From IMG/VR virus record IMGVR_UViG_3300025575_000025, positions 1 to 42,780 of that record: a stretch of DNA of 42,780 nt, one strand, 5' to 3'. The position numbers were made by a program, and so were the translations under genes. Positions 20,422 through 30,613 of this stretch are shown in pieces. Source of the stretch: a virus. Its lineage: Duplodnaviria > Caudoviricetes. Positions within the stretch are counted from its first letter, which is position 1. Every line of letters begins with the position of its first letter. The notes under the pieces were generated by a model. The model saw only the letters and a program-made list of their open reading frames with translations. It searched no databases and had not been told where the DNA came from.

Positions 20422-20691
20422 ATGTTAACAGTTGGAGAAATTAGAAAACTAATAAAAGATATGCCGGATGATGCGTTAGTATTAATAAATGATCCTCATT
20501 CTGAATTTACTTTCGAAATTGCTAGTGGGAATATATTTAATGTAAGATTAGATCACACAACGAAATTTGGAGAGAATTATTACTATGGTATGGATGATGA
20601 AAATTTTAATGATTTTATAAATGATAATATCGAAGTTGCTGAAGAAATAAAAAAAGAATATAAAAAGTCATTAGCCCTTAATCAAATATGA
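20422..20691 (+). CDS. hypothetical protein
   Basis: GGGAGG RBS; MLTVGEIRKLIKDMPDDA.V, a common phage N-terminus. Confidence 0.75.
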   Translation: MLTVGEIRKLIKDMPDDALVLINDPHSEFTFEIASGNIFNVRLDHTTKFGENYYYGMDDENFNDFINDNIEVAEEIKKEYKKSLALNQI

Positions 20692-20705
20692 CAGGAGGCG
20701 AAAAT

Positions 20706-20885
20706 ATGGGATTATGGATTGATGATGGTTTAATTGGATCAGTTTGTAGGAAGTGTAAAAACTGGATATTTAACGATTGGTATTTATGTAATGAGTTTGT
20801 AAATTGTGATGACAATGGATTTATTATACTACCAGTGAAAGAGTGTAAGAATTTTAGGCCGAGTAGGAAAGGAGTAGTTATATAA
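20706..20885 (+). CDS. small Cys-rich protein
   Basis: AGGAGG RBS before ATG 20706; CRKC..C..C..C. Confidence 0.6.
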   Translation: MGLWIDDGLIGSVCRKCKNWIFNDWYLCNEFVNCDDNGFIILPVKECKNFRPSRKGVVI

Positions 20886-20999
20886 ATTTATGAGATTTAA
20901 AGATATAAAGCAGTTATTAAAAGGCGAATGTTTTATGTTTTTGTACTATTTCATTATTTATTACATATACTTTATAAGAAGACAAAAAGGAGTGATAAA

Positions 21000-21206
21000 A
21001 TGTATAAGAAAAATGGAGTAATATTAAAAAATGGTCAAGTGTGGACTGTCGGTAATGCTTCAATCGAAGGAGGCGGGAAAGTTTTAATTACTCAAGTAAT
21101 GGGGGGTCGCGGTTACATAACTTGCAGGGATTTATTAGACGAAAAACAATTACCATTATTCTTAAAAACTCAGAATTTCGGTAAATTGGTTATACCTGAA
21201 GACTAG
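21000..21206 (+). CDS. hypothetical protein
   Basis: AAGGAGTG RBS before ATG 21000; terminator AGACTAG/CTAGTCT. Confidence 0.65.
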   Translation: MYKKNGVILKNGQVWTVGNASIEGGGKVLITQVMGGRGYITCRDLLDEKQLPLFLKTQNFGKLVIPED

Positions 21207-21348
21207 AATTAATCTAGTCTTTTCTCTTATCCCATCAAAAAGACATTTTAAAGTGCGACATACAAGTATTATAATGGTGAATTAGTAGACGCTTTATGGG
21301 TTGTAATAAAAAAATATTATTATAGCAACGGAAAGGAGAAAAATTTAA

Positions 21349-21534
21349 ATGCATAATTATAATTGCAATGTAGAAATAGGAAAGGTTTTTAAACTTAAAG
21401 TTAAAGCAGATAATGTCCAAATGGCTACAGAACTAGCCCAAACTGAAGTGTTGAATATAATTAGAGACTTATTCGAAACACAAAATGAACAGTCTCTAAT
21501 TCTTATTACAGGTGTTAGTGAACAAGAGGAATAA
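21349..21534 (+). CDS. hypothetical protein
   Basis: AAGGAG RBS. Confidence 0.65.
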   Translation: MHNYNCNVEIGKVFKLKVKADNVQMATELAQTEVLNIIRDLFETQNEQSLILITGVSEQEE

Positions 21535-21662
21535 ACTTTTAAAACTCCTGAAAGTATGAAAATATACTCGTGTAAAATAATTTTATGCAAATGGTACTAT
21601 TCCATAAATATTGTGATATACTATCATTAAGGGATTAAGTTAAAGAGAAAGAGGTTTTAAGA

Positions 21663-21860
21663 ATGAAACAACTTGATAAACTTATTAAGTCATTAAATAA
21701 AAAGGCTGAGATGCACAAACACTTGAGCGAGGTTAATAAAAGCGAAGGCATGAATGATACTGCATTTTATAACGAAGGCATTGCAGAGGGTATATGGAAA
21801 GCCATAGAGGAAATTGAGGAGGCAAATACTAGTATCAATATCCAAATTAATAACCTTTAG
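21663..21860 (+). CDS. hypothetical protein
   Basis: GAGGT RBS, upstream TGATATACT extended -10. Confidence 0.7.
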   Translation: MKQLDKLIKSLNKKAEMHKHLSEVNKSEGMNDTAFYNEGIAEGIWKAIEEIEEANTSINIQINNL

Positions 21861-21950
21861 TAATTTTAGTACAGCTTACACGCTACAATAAAAACAAGGT
21901 GTAGCGTGTAGTCGTAAACTAAAATTAAGAAGTGAAAGAGGGTATACATA

Positions 21951-22142
21951 ATGTTTAAATTTTGTGTAAAATTAAATAAAGAAATTCTTGAGGAAGGAAC
22001 TGCCGATCTAAAAACTGCCAAGAAAGCATTTAAACATGGAAGGAATTCATATGGTAGTATTACTGAATTAAATCAAGACGGCACAGCATTTGCAGAAGTA
22101 GGATATAAAAAAATTGGTGGGAAGCTATACTGTTGGTTTTAA
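21951..22142 (+). CDS. hypothetical protein
   Basis: GAGGG RBS after long hairpin. Confidence 0.7.
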   Translation: MFKFCVKLNKEILEEGTADLKTAKKAFKHGRNSYGSITELNQDGTAFAEVGYKKIGGKLYCWF

Positions 22143-22226
22143 ATTATACTATGGAAGATAGGCAAGAATAAAAAAGCTCTTGCCTTGATTCGATACTATA
22201 ATTTAAATTGAAAGGAAGTTTTAAAA

Positions 22227-22493
22227 ATGACTAGACAAATTGAACAAACTAAAAATGATTTCGTGGTATATCGCGCCTTGGGAAATGAAGAGCTACATAA
22301 TGCCATCATGGAAAGAGACATTGAAAAAGTTGAATTGATTGTTATAGAACTCCAAGTGCAGCACGGCAAAAATTATGATTTCCTTTTGTTCGATCAAGAA
22401 ACAGTTTTAGATATTGATTTAGTAAAGGCAGAAATTGAAGAGGGATATAAGGAATATGAATTAGAACTATGCAGAAGAGGAAATATAGACTAG
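22227..22493 (+). CDS. hypothetical protein
   Basis: AAGGAAG RBS after long hairpin. Confidence 0.7.
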   Translation: MTRQIEQTKNDFVVYRALGNEELHNAIMERDIEKVELIVIELQVQHGKNYDFLLFDQETVLDIDLVKAEIEEGYKEYELELCRRGNID

Positions 22494-22883
22494 GAAAATG
22501 AAATAGGGATTTTAAAGACTAGAAATTATAACCTAGTCTTTTTCTTTACCCAATTTTAATAATGATCATGATTTAACCATCATAAAGCAAAACACCTGCC
22601 ACAAAAACAGCCCTCTAAGCTCTTTAAACCCTATAACCTTTATATTCTTACATTGAATACCTTTCTAATGGAGCACAGACAATACTGATATTTATTTATA
22701 CAATTGTAATATAATCTATTTACATTATTAAAATTTTTTGCTATAATGGGGTGATGGCATTTTTGAATTTGTTGTGGTAAAAATAAACAGTAACTATAAT
22801 ATAATAAAGTGTTGACAAACGCTCAGAAATCTATATAATAAGAAGTAGTTAAAGAATACATAAAATGAAAGAAGGAATTTTAA

Positions 22884-24929
22884 ATGACTAAAAATACTAT
22901 CGAAATGAAAACTGGCGACATTGTAAAAATCGAAGGTGGATTTTTTAAAGCTGATAACGGAACTTTTCTAGTAAAACATTCTCCTGGCGATCCTTCATGG
23001 AGTGGTTCAGACTATAGCCTAAGAAAGTGCAACAAAAAAGGCGTAGAAAGCGAATCAAAATATTCAACTTCCTTCTGGCCTTTAATGGTAACAGTTTCAA
23101 GCCGTGACAAACGCATCGAAGCAATGGAACATAACGAAGCAAATGCAACTATTGAAATAATTGGTTCTGTCAAAGTGTATGAATTAAATGTAAAACAAAG
23201 TATCGGTTGGAATGATTACGAAACAAAAGAAATTGCCACCGAAAAAAGATACCAAGAACTTTTAGCTAATAAATACATAAAGTTAGAAACAATATCAGAA
23301 TCAACCAACGAACAAAAAGCAGAACTGTCAGTTCCTGTTTTAGCAGAAGAAGAAGCAACGCCAACAGTCGAAGTATTAGAAATCGAGTATAAATTTAAAA
23401 TTGGCGATAAGGTAAACTGGGAAAACTCAAACGGGGTGAACCTTGGAGTAAGAACAGTAATTCGCCTTGATGAAAGATGCGGTAGACCAACATATTATAT
23501 TGACCCCATTGACACACCATGGTTTTCTATAAGCGAAGAGGAATTGACTATAATCACAGTAAAGGAACCAAAGACATCTATAACACAGCCTATAGAAGAA
23601 ACACCAGCACCAGAAACCACACAAGACACATACAAGCAGGTAGAAATTGAAGAGGGATATATTTATAACATGCACTTCAAAGAGTGGGAGAAGACCATTG
23701 AAGAAATTGAGGAAGAACTAACTAAGAATGGTATTCTCTTTACTAATATGGGTGATAAGGTAGGTTGTTATAGACTGAACTTTGAACAGGCAAATATAGT
23801 TAAAAGGATATCAGATATAAACGGCTCTATATGCTTCATAGATGACAAGACGAATCCAAAGGAGCAGGAACAACCAGAAACACAAGAGGAATTTATTCAA
23901 GCCTCTAAGCGTCAATTATATGCTCTATACCTTGCAACAAAAATTAAGACTACTGACCTAGTAATTAGCAAAAGCGATGCAGGAAAATTAATTTCCAAAA
24001 GCATTAAGGGAGAAAATGTTACTAAGGAACTTGAAAAATTTATAACACCTGAAGAAGTTGAAATGGACATAACAGCAAGCCCTGCACCATTGCCACATAT
24101 TGAAGGAGTACAAGAGGAGGAAGTAATTGAAACAATGGAATTTGATGATATACTGAGCAAATTTGATAACATTGACGTTAAAGAGATTGATAAAATCACA
24201 AAAGAAGATAGAATTTATTGTGAGATACACGAAAAAATATATAAAAAGGCATATCAGGCTTATAGTGAGGTATTGGAAAAATTAAATAATATTCGAGAAA
24301 TGCAAAAAGAAGAAACTAAAAACGCAGTAGAAAAGGGAATAATTAAACAGTATCATTCTACTTATGAATATGTTCCTGAATACTCTAATGGTGGGACTTC
24401 CGATATAAAAAAGGCATTAGAAAAAACAACCCAAAAATTTATCAGCAGCATTGTATATTATTTCAAAACGACATACCAAATAGATATTAAATATTCAGAT
24501 TACGAAGAACAAACCGAATTATTAACTCTTGACCTTGTTTTAGATAAATATATCTTTGCACATCTTGACGGTTTTAATTTCAAAGAAAAAGCCATTGACG
24601 AAATTAAACAAAAGGCACACATGCCACAACAGTATTATGAGTATAGAAAGTACTGGAATTATGAAGTAAAAGGAAAATCAATCAAATTCAGAACTAATAT
24701 AGACGCTATTAAGCCTGCTTTGTATTTTTATGATAGTAATGAAACGGATATAACAGACTGCTATTCATATAACAAAGTTGATGATTATACCAGTTATGAC
24801 AACGGCAATACGAACATAAAATTTTTAAGCTCTACATATGCTCTTGACTTTGCAAAAAGGTATTTAGGATATATCGAAATGACAGAAGAAGCTAGAGAAC
24901 AATATAAGAAAAAAGCAAGTAGCTATTAA
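22884..24929 (+). CDS. multi-domain (polyvalent-like) protein, partner of the MTase-helicase
   Basis: 681 aa; several small domains joined by P/E/T-rich linkers (GDIVKI, FKIGDKV SH3/KOW-like starts; ASKRQLYAL..SKSDAGKLI module); TTGACA promoter at 22812. Confidence 0.8.
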   Translation: MTKNTIEMKTGDIVKIEGGFFKADNGTFLVKHSPGDPSWSGSDYSLRKCNKKGVESESKYSTSFWPLMVTVSSRDKRIEAMEHNEANATIEIIGSVKVYELNVKQSIGWNDYETKEIATEKRYQELLANKYIKLETISESTNEQKAELSVPVLAEEEATPTVEVLEIEYKFKIGDKVNWENSNGVNLGVRTVIRLDERCGRPTYYIDPIDTPWFSISEEELTIITVKEPKTSITQPIEETPAPETTQDTYKQVEIEEGYIYNMHFKEWEKTIEEIEEELTKNGILFTNMGDKVGCYRLNFEQANIVKRISDINGSICFIDDKTNPKEQEQPETQEEFIQASKRQLYALYLATKIKTTDLVISKSDAGKLISKSIKGENVTKELEKFITPEEVEMDITASPAPLPHIEGVQEEEVIETMEFDDILSKFDNIDVKEIDKITKEDRIYCEIHEKIYKKAYQAYSEVLEKLNNIREMQKEETKNAVEKGIIKQYHSTYEYVPEYSNGGTSDIKKALEKTTQKFISSIVYYFKTTYQIDIKYSDYEEQTELLTLDLVLDKYIFAHLDGFNFKEKAIDEIKQKAHMPQQYYEYRKYWNYEVKGKSIKFRTNIDAIKPALYFYDSNETDITDCYSYNKVDDYTSYDNGNTNIKFLSSTYALDFAKRYLGYIEMTEEAREQYKKKASSY

Positions 24930-24942
24930 AGGAGTTAAGAAC

Positions 24943-27900
24943 ATGAAATATCCTATAACAAAAACCATAATACCCCAGAATAGACGCAAGGAGATTAACG
25001 AAAAGTGCCTGTATGTCATTGAAAATAATATAGGCACATTATCCCCTTCAGATATTTTCAAGGCGTACAGTGGTGAAGGTGGCCTTCATGGATTAGATTT
25101 TAAAGCATTTGATAGTTATCATTCATTCTCTGAAGCAAAAAAGGAAATAGAATTAGGAGCTTTTTATACACCTGCAAAGATATGTAAATTTATGGTTGAA
25201 TGTGTGAACCCCGATAACAGCGACATAGTAGGGGATCTGACATGCGGAGCAGGAAGTTTCTTTAACTATCTTCCTAATGAGTATAACATCCACGGCAATG
25301 AGATCAATATTAAATCTTATAAGGTGTCAAAATATCTTTATCCTAACGCTAATATTCAGAATAATGATATTAGAAACTATTCACCAGATACTAGATTTGA
25401 TTTAATTCTTGGAAATCCTCCTTTTAACTTAAAATTAAAGGTAGGAAGAGAAGAATATTTAAGTCAATTGTATTATTGTATTAAGGCTTCAGAATTATTA
25501 AAACCTGCCGGGCTTATGGCATTGATAGTTCCTGATTCATTTTTAGCAGATACCTTTTCAGACTCAGGAATGATCAAAACGATTAACAAAAGTTTCAATT
25601 TTATTTGTCAATTTGAATTACCTTCCAATGCTTTTAAAGATATGGGAGTTGAAAATTTTAAAACAAAAATAATGTTCTTTCAAAAACAAAGCGAATACCT
25701 AGTTTCTAATCCCTATAACACAACTAAGATTCCCAATATTTCTATAACACAAGCCCATTCCACATTTATTTATGGAAACTACATAAAACCTTGTATGGCT
25801 GAAAAGGAATCTATCAAAGGGAAATTATACTTTGAGAATGTACATAACAATGACTCTCAAGAGAATGAAGAATTTGAATATAAGGTTAAGAAAATGCTAT
25901 TTTCTATAAAACAGCATCCTATAACTAATTTATTCTATGGGAAATGCTTATCTTATCTTGATAAATTTAATACTCAGAAAATGCCAGAGGGTATGAAGTA
26001 TGAAGAGTGGCAGAAGGTAAGGATTACTGATAAGAAAGTATTAGCATACTTAAAAAGAACATTAGCAAAACAATCTAAAAATGAGCGTGACGAGATTTGT
26101 TTAGTAAAAACTCAGTATGGATTAAAATTAAAAGGATATTCCCGAAAGAATAAGATATTTTTATCTAAGTCTACAGGAGTCAAAGAAATAAGTATTAATG
26201 ATATGGTTATCAGGGGTGAATATCCATTCGAGGACAAAGCATATTATGATCTATTCGTTCAAAAGTCTAATAACTATAACAAACAAGGCAAATCCTTTAA
26301 GGAAATGACAGAGAATAAATATATTCAAAATTACCTTAACAAAACATTCTTATTTGACTCTGAAAATGATGAGAAAATTTATCTAAATGATAAACAAAAG
26401 ACTGATATTAACTTATCATTACAAAAGAATTCTTCCTATCTTGCGTGGGAAACGGGCTCAGGAAAATCTTTATCCAGTATCATTTATGGATTATATAGAC
26501 TGCAGCACAACCATATTAAAAATGTATTTGTGGTAGCTCCTGCAATTGCTATTAAGAATACATTTGAGCCGATGCTAACCAATTTTAAAATACCATTTAT
26601 AGTAATTCAAAATATTAAAGACATTAGTAAAATACAAGACGGACAATTTATTCTTATGACTTTTAATATCTTAGCTAAGAATTGTGTATCAAACGAAAAA
26701 GGTACTAAGAATAAAATTGAAGTAAGATTCTCAAAATTTATCAAGAAGTTTATAACACAGCATGGCTTCAATAAATTTTGTCTTATCCTTGATGAAGCAG
26801 ATCAAATTTCTAACATCAATTCAATTAGAAGTAAATGCGTTCTTAATACATTTAGAAAACTCAAATACAAACTATTAGCATCAGGCACAAATATTAGAAA
26901 CAATTTAACAGAATTCAAAACATCATTAGACTTAATGTATAATAATTCTATTAATATGTTGAGCACCACTGAATTTATTTACAATACAGATATTAAAACT
27001 GGAGAAATGAAACAAGAACAAAATACATATTATAACAAGCCTATACCTGCATATCATAAAGGTTTTAAGCTCTATACATCTATGTTTAACCCTCACAAAA
27101 CAACAATACTAGGTATAAGTCAATATAATCAAGATATCTATAACAAAGATGATTTGAAAACAATTATTGATAAAACTCTATTAATTAGAACACTTAAAGA
27201 TATAACAGGCAAGCAACTATATAATATTAATCAAATACCTTGCAAATTTAATAACGAAGAAAAAGCTCTATATGATAAGATACTTGAAGAATTCAATACA
27301 ATGATGGAATATCACATAAAAACTGGAAATTCCAGAAAAGATGCGATGTTTCGGATTCTGGCACAGCTCAACACATTATTAAAATGTTGCAGTATTCCTC
27401 AATCATTTAAAGAATACACAGGAGGAACACCTTCTAAGTTTAAATCTACTTTTAGACTCTTAGAGAAGTTTAAAAATGAGAGAGTGGCTATAGGATGCAC
27501 GAGAATTAAAACAGTAAAGTTATATGAACAACAAATTAGAATGAGATATCCAGATAGACCATTGTTTATTGTCACAGGAGCAGAAACAACTTTTAAACAA
27601 AGAAGGAATATTGTAGAACAATTAAAATTACATGATAATGCTATCTTATTATCCACTCAGCAAGCTCTATCATGCTCTGTAAGCATTGGATTTATTGATA
27701 AGGTACTAATTGTTGAAAACCTTTGGAATGACTCATCTTGCCAACAATATAGGGCCAGATTCACACGATATAACAGTGATAATCCAACAGAAATTTATAA
27801 CTTATTCTATGATAAATCAATTGAAGTTAATTTAATGAAATTGATCTTAGCAAAAGAAAAATTATGTCTGATTATGAAAAATGAAGATATGGAGAATGAA

Positions 27901-28014
27901 GAACTATTTGAAAAGTATGGGATTGATAGTTATATCTTTAATTGTCTAATGGAAAAGCAAGTTGATACAGATGGAAGAGTACAAATAGGATGGGGAGAAC
28001 AGAAGATATTATAA
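24943..28014 (+). CDS. N6-adenine DNA methyltransferase fused to SNF2-like SF2 helicase (DarB-like)
   Basis: FYTP, motif I GDLTCGAGSF, motif IV GNPPF; Walker A WETGSGKS, LDEAD, ASGT, degenerate motif VI QQYRARFTR. Confidence 0.88.
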   Translation: MKYPITKTIIPQNRRKEINEKCLYVIENNIGTLSPSDIFKAYSGEGGLHGLDFKAFDSYHSFSEAKKEIELGAFYTPAKICKFMVECVNPDNSDIVGDLTCGAGSFFNYLPNEYNIHGNEINIKSYKVSKYLYPNANIQNNDIRNYSPDTRFDLILGNPPFNLKLKVGREEYLSQLYYCIKASELLKPAGLMALIVPDSFLADTFSDSGMIKTINKSFNFICQFELPSNAFKDMGVENFKTKIMFFQKQSEYLVSNPYNTTKIPNISITQAHSTFIYGNYIKPCMAEKESIKGKLYFENVHNNDSQENEEFEYKVKKMLFSIKQHPITNLFYGKCLSYLDKFNTQKMPEGMKYEEWQKVRITDKKVLAYLKRTLAKQSKNERDEICLVKTQYGLKLKGYSRKNKIFLSKSTGVKEISINDMVIRGEYPFEDKAYYDLFVQKSNNYNKQGKSFKEMTENKYIQNYLNKTFLFDSENDEKIYLNDKQKTDINLSLQKNSSYLAWETGSGKSLSSIIYGLYRLQHNHIKNVFVVAPAIAIKNTFEPMLTNFKIPFIVIQNIKDISKIQDGQFILMTFNILAKNCVSNEKGTKNKIEVRFSKFIKKFITQHGFNKFCLILDEADQISNINSIRSKCVLNTFRKLKYKLLASGTNIRNNLTEFKTSLDLMYNNSINMLSTTEFIYNTDIKTGEMKQEQNTYYNKPIPAYHKGFKLYTSMFNPHKTTILGISQYNQDIYNKDDLKTIIDKTLLIRTLKDITGKQLYNINQIPCKFNNEEKALYDKILEEFNTMMEYHIKTGNSRKDAMFRILAQLNTLLKCCSIPQSFKEYTGGTPSKFKSTFRLLEKFKNERVAIGCTRIKTVKLYEQQIRMRYPDRPLFIVTGAETTFKQRRNIVEQLKLHDNAILLSTQQALSCSVSIGFIDKVLIVENLWNDSSCQQYRARFTRYNSDNPTEIYNLFYDKSIEVNLMKLILAKEKLCLIMKNEDMENEELFEKYGIDSYIFNCLMEKQVDTDGRVQIGWGEQKIL

Positions 28015-28300
28015 GTCACCGAGGAACTAGAAATAGTTCCTTTCTCTATATTTACACCTACACAAACGACTCTTCCTACCATCAAACACTATAAACTAAT
28101 ACTAACTTATACATCAAAACCAAAACCCTCTACAAACGCTCTTTGTGTACCTCTCATTCAAATGAGCATAATTAATATTGAATTGTTTGTGAAAACTATG
28201 CAGAAAGATAGGACTATTTAATTACATATAAATAATAAATTACACTTGACATGTAAAATAATAAAGTATATTATAAGGAGTGTAAAGAGGAATTAAAGGA

Positions 28301-28501
28301 GTGAAAGCAATGACACATCACTGCATTTGTTGCAAACAACCTACAGAGGATCAATTCATATCAAAGTATGAAACTTTAAACCGTCAGGAGTACATAAGAA
28401 TTTGCGAAAGCTGTTTTGATGAGCATTCAGAATTTGACACCGAGCTTAATCTTCCTTTCATCATGTTTGGAAATGACTTTTATCTATCAGAAAGCCTGTA
28501 A
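28301..28501 (+). CDS. small zinc-finger protein
   Basis: CICC...ICESC; promoter TTGACA at 28246. Confidence 0.7.
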   Translation: MKAMTHHCICCKQPTEDQFISKYETLNRQEYIRICESCFDEHSEFDTELNLPFIMFGNDFYLSESL

Positions 28502-28575
28502 AGTCAGCAAATGTATAATTATGCATAATGGTGTTACTCTAAGGAATAATCATATAAATTGAAAGGGGTATTCAG

Positions 28576-28821
28576 ATGGATAAAATTGAAATCATGAAAG
28601 AAGCGTTGGAGAAGATAGCATACGCAGAAGATGTTTTTGATATGAATGGGAAAAATGATTATGATTTATTTGAAAAGTGTATGTTTATTGCGCAAGAGGC
28701 ACTAAGTAAAGTTATAGAAAATTATTGCTTAATGGATGACTGTGAGTATAATTTAAATAATCAATGCTCTATTGGCTTTGACGTTACCAGTATAATAAAT
28801 TGTTCTTTTAAAAGTAAATAA
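28576..28821 (+). CDS. hypothetical protein
   Basis: AAGGGG RBS; C-terminal C..DCEYN....C. Confidence 0.7.
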   Translation: MDKIEIMKEALEKIAYAEDVFDMNGKNDYDLFEKCMFIAQEALSKVIENYCLMDDCEYNLNNQCSIGFDVTSIINCSFKSK

Positions 28822-29030
28822 GTTATCCTTAAATCAATGAAATTTATTAATCCAATAAAAGGGAAATTTCATGCTAGTTTGGTGCTAGGGAATTGGAGTA
28901 AATGGAAGCATGAGTGAGTATGAGAGATGTGCATATTTCTTGTTTTATTAAAATGTAATATAATATATTAATGGTTGACATATTTAACGGATTAGTATAA
29001 TATATTATATAAGAGGTAAAACAAAAGGAG

Positions 29031-29297
29031 ATGAAAACCATGAAAGCATTATTAACTAATTACATAAACTTCTTAAGTGGTAAGTACTCGAAGGACAGTA
29101 TCAAAGTTGAAATACAAGATTTTAAAGCCAATGAAGGAAATCCTGAAGAGTTTGAAAAAATGATCATAACCGCTACCAAAGGTATTTATAAAAAAAGTGT
29201 AGCTATTGAGGATTTCAGAACCTATTACAATGATAACTACTCCAAACCCAAAGCAAAATCAGAAGGACATATGAAAGATTTTAGAAAACATTTTTAA
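29031..29297 (+). CDS. hypothetical early protein
   Basis: TTGACA(28975) promoter, AAGGAG RBS (start may be ATG 29040). Confidence 0.75.
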   Translation: MKTMKALLTNYINFLSGKYSKDSIKVEIQDFKANEGNPEEFEKMIITATKGIYKKSVAIEDFRTYYNDNYSKPKAKSEGHMKDFRKHF

Positions 29298-29329
29298 TAA
29301 ATATCTAAGGAAAGAGGAGGATTTACATA

Positions 29330-29545
29330 ATGGATAACCAAATAATTATTACTATGGATGAGTTTAATAATAATGTAATTAGTTCAACTTTCTCTGTTAG
29401 CCCAACTTTTTCACGCATAAAGAAAATTTACAGGAATAATATATTAATTGGAAAATTCTATTTGCCATATACTGATACCGGGTTAACAAGTGGAGAATCA
29501 TATGATTATCGAGTTGAAAATGCGTATGATTGTAATCAATTCTAA
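29330..29545 (+). CDS. hypothetical protein
   Basis: GAGGAGG RBS. Confidence 0.7.
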   Translation: MDNQIIITMDEFNNNVISSTFSVSPTFSRIKKIYRNNILIGKFYLPYTDTGLTSGESYDYRVENAYDCNQF

Positions 29546-29623
29546 GCCCTTTAAATGGTCATAACAGACTTACATAACACTCACCAATATTGAGGGCTTA
29601 AATAACACTGAGGAGGCCAGATC

Positions 29624-29734
29624 ATGAAGATTAAACAGTCTATACCAAATGAATATAATCTTTGGAGAATTAAATATCTTCCTGAAGCATACAATAACTT
29701 AAAGGAGTTCATGAACTACATCATAACCCACTAA
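29624..29734 (+). CDS. 36-aa hypothetical peptide
   Basis: Not in track; GAGGAGG RBS; MKIKQSIPNEYNLWRIKYLPEAYNNLKEFMNYIITH. Confidence 0.5.
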   Translation: MKIKQSIPNEYNLWRIKYLPEAYNNLKEFMNYIITH

Positions 29735-29847
29735 AGCCAGTGGAGGTGATGCAAAATGAAAAATCTGTATTACTCATTGCTTTTTAAATTCTTATGTGCC
29801 ATTCGTGGTTGTACCTTTAAGATATAATATTAAAGGAGTGAATACAT

Positions 29848-30048
29848 ATGCTATCATACACAATTAACCTATCAGATCAAACTCTAGTAGTCTCTGACAT
29901 GAGTAAAGTAATTTATCAAGAATTAGGATTCAATTCATTTAACGCTGAAATCTTACACGGAATTGTAGGGCAGCAGGAACAAGGATTTATGTTTCAAGAT
30001 CATTTGGAAGTGTATATAATCAAACGTGAGGAATCGTTTGTATCTTAG
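29848..30048 (+). CDS. hypothetical protein
   Basis: AAGGAGTG RBS. Confidence 0.7.
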   Translation: MLSYTINLSDQTLVVSDMSKVIYQELGFNSFNAEILHGIVGQQEQGFMFQDHLEVYIIKREESFVS

Positions 30049-30083
30049 GAATTTTATAACGAGAGGTATAGGAGGATTTTGAA

Positions 30084-30185
30084 GTGAGTCAATATACACG
30101 CAGGAGTATAACATTAAATATTTTTGTTTTAGCCGGGATTGCAGCGTTATTTTTAACTAATATTATTACTATCGTCAATAAATAA
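30084..30185 (+). CDS. 33-aa single-TM peptide
   Basis: Not in track; AGGAGG RBS, GTG; MSQYTRRSITLNIFVLAGIAALFLTNIITIVNK. Confidence 0.5.
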   Translation: MSQYTRRSITLNIFVLAGIAALFLTNIITIVNK

Positions 30186-30199
30186 TTTAATTATGAGGA

Positions 30200-30613
30200 G
30201 TGTTTAAAATGTGTTTAGCTAAAAATTATTCAGAGGATATCCTTACTCTATACCACAATATCAATGCAGACTTCAATAGACTATCACATGAATTATCCCA
30301 AGCAGACCTAATGGAACAGGATATTCTACACCTAATTGAAAAGGGTGGATTCAATGCCTGTGAAGGTTATAACTTATCTAAACAATTATTTGAGAATCGC
30401 AAGCAGCGCAGAAAAGTGAAAAACGAATGGACTCTGCTTAGAAAGCTGAAGCAAAGTTTTATTGACATGAACATGCAGGGATTGAAGGAAACACATGAAA
30501 GTATAGTTAGGAAAGATAAAATCCTAAAGAATCTCACAGAAAACAAAGTCTATAATCCGAGAGTATTACGTCCAAACACTAATGTTAAACCAGTACATAA
30601 AAAAGTTGTATAA
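30200..30613 (+). CDS. coiled-coil phage protein
   Basis: LS..DL.EQDILH.IE...FNA.EGY...K.....R..RR.VKNE pattern typical of Firmicute phages; start possibly ATG 30209. Confidence 0.8.
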   Translation: MFKMCLAKNYSEDILTLYHNINADFNRLSHELSQADLMEQDILHLIEKGGFNACEGYNLSKQLFENRKQRRKVKNEWTLLRKLKQSFIDMNMQGLKETHESIVRKDKILKNLTENKVYNPRVLRPNTNVKPVHKKVV

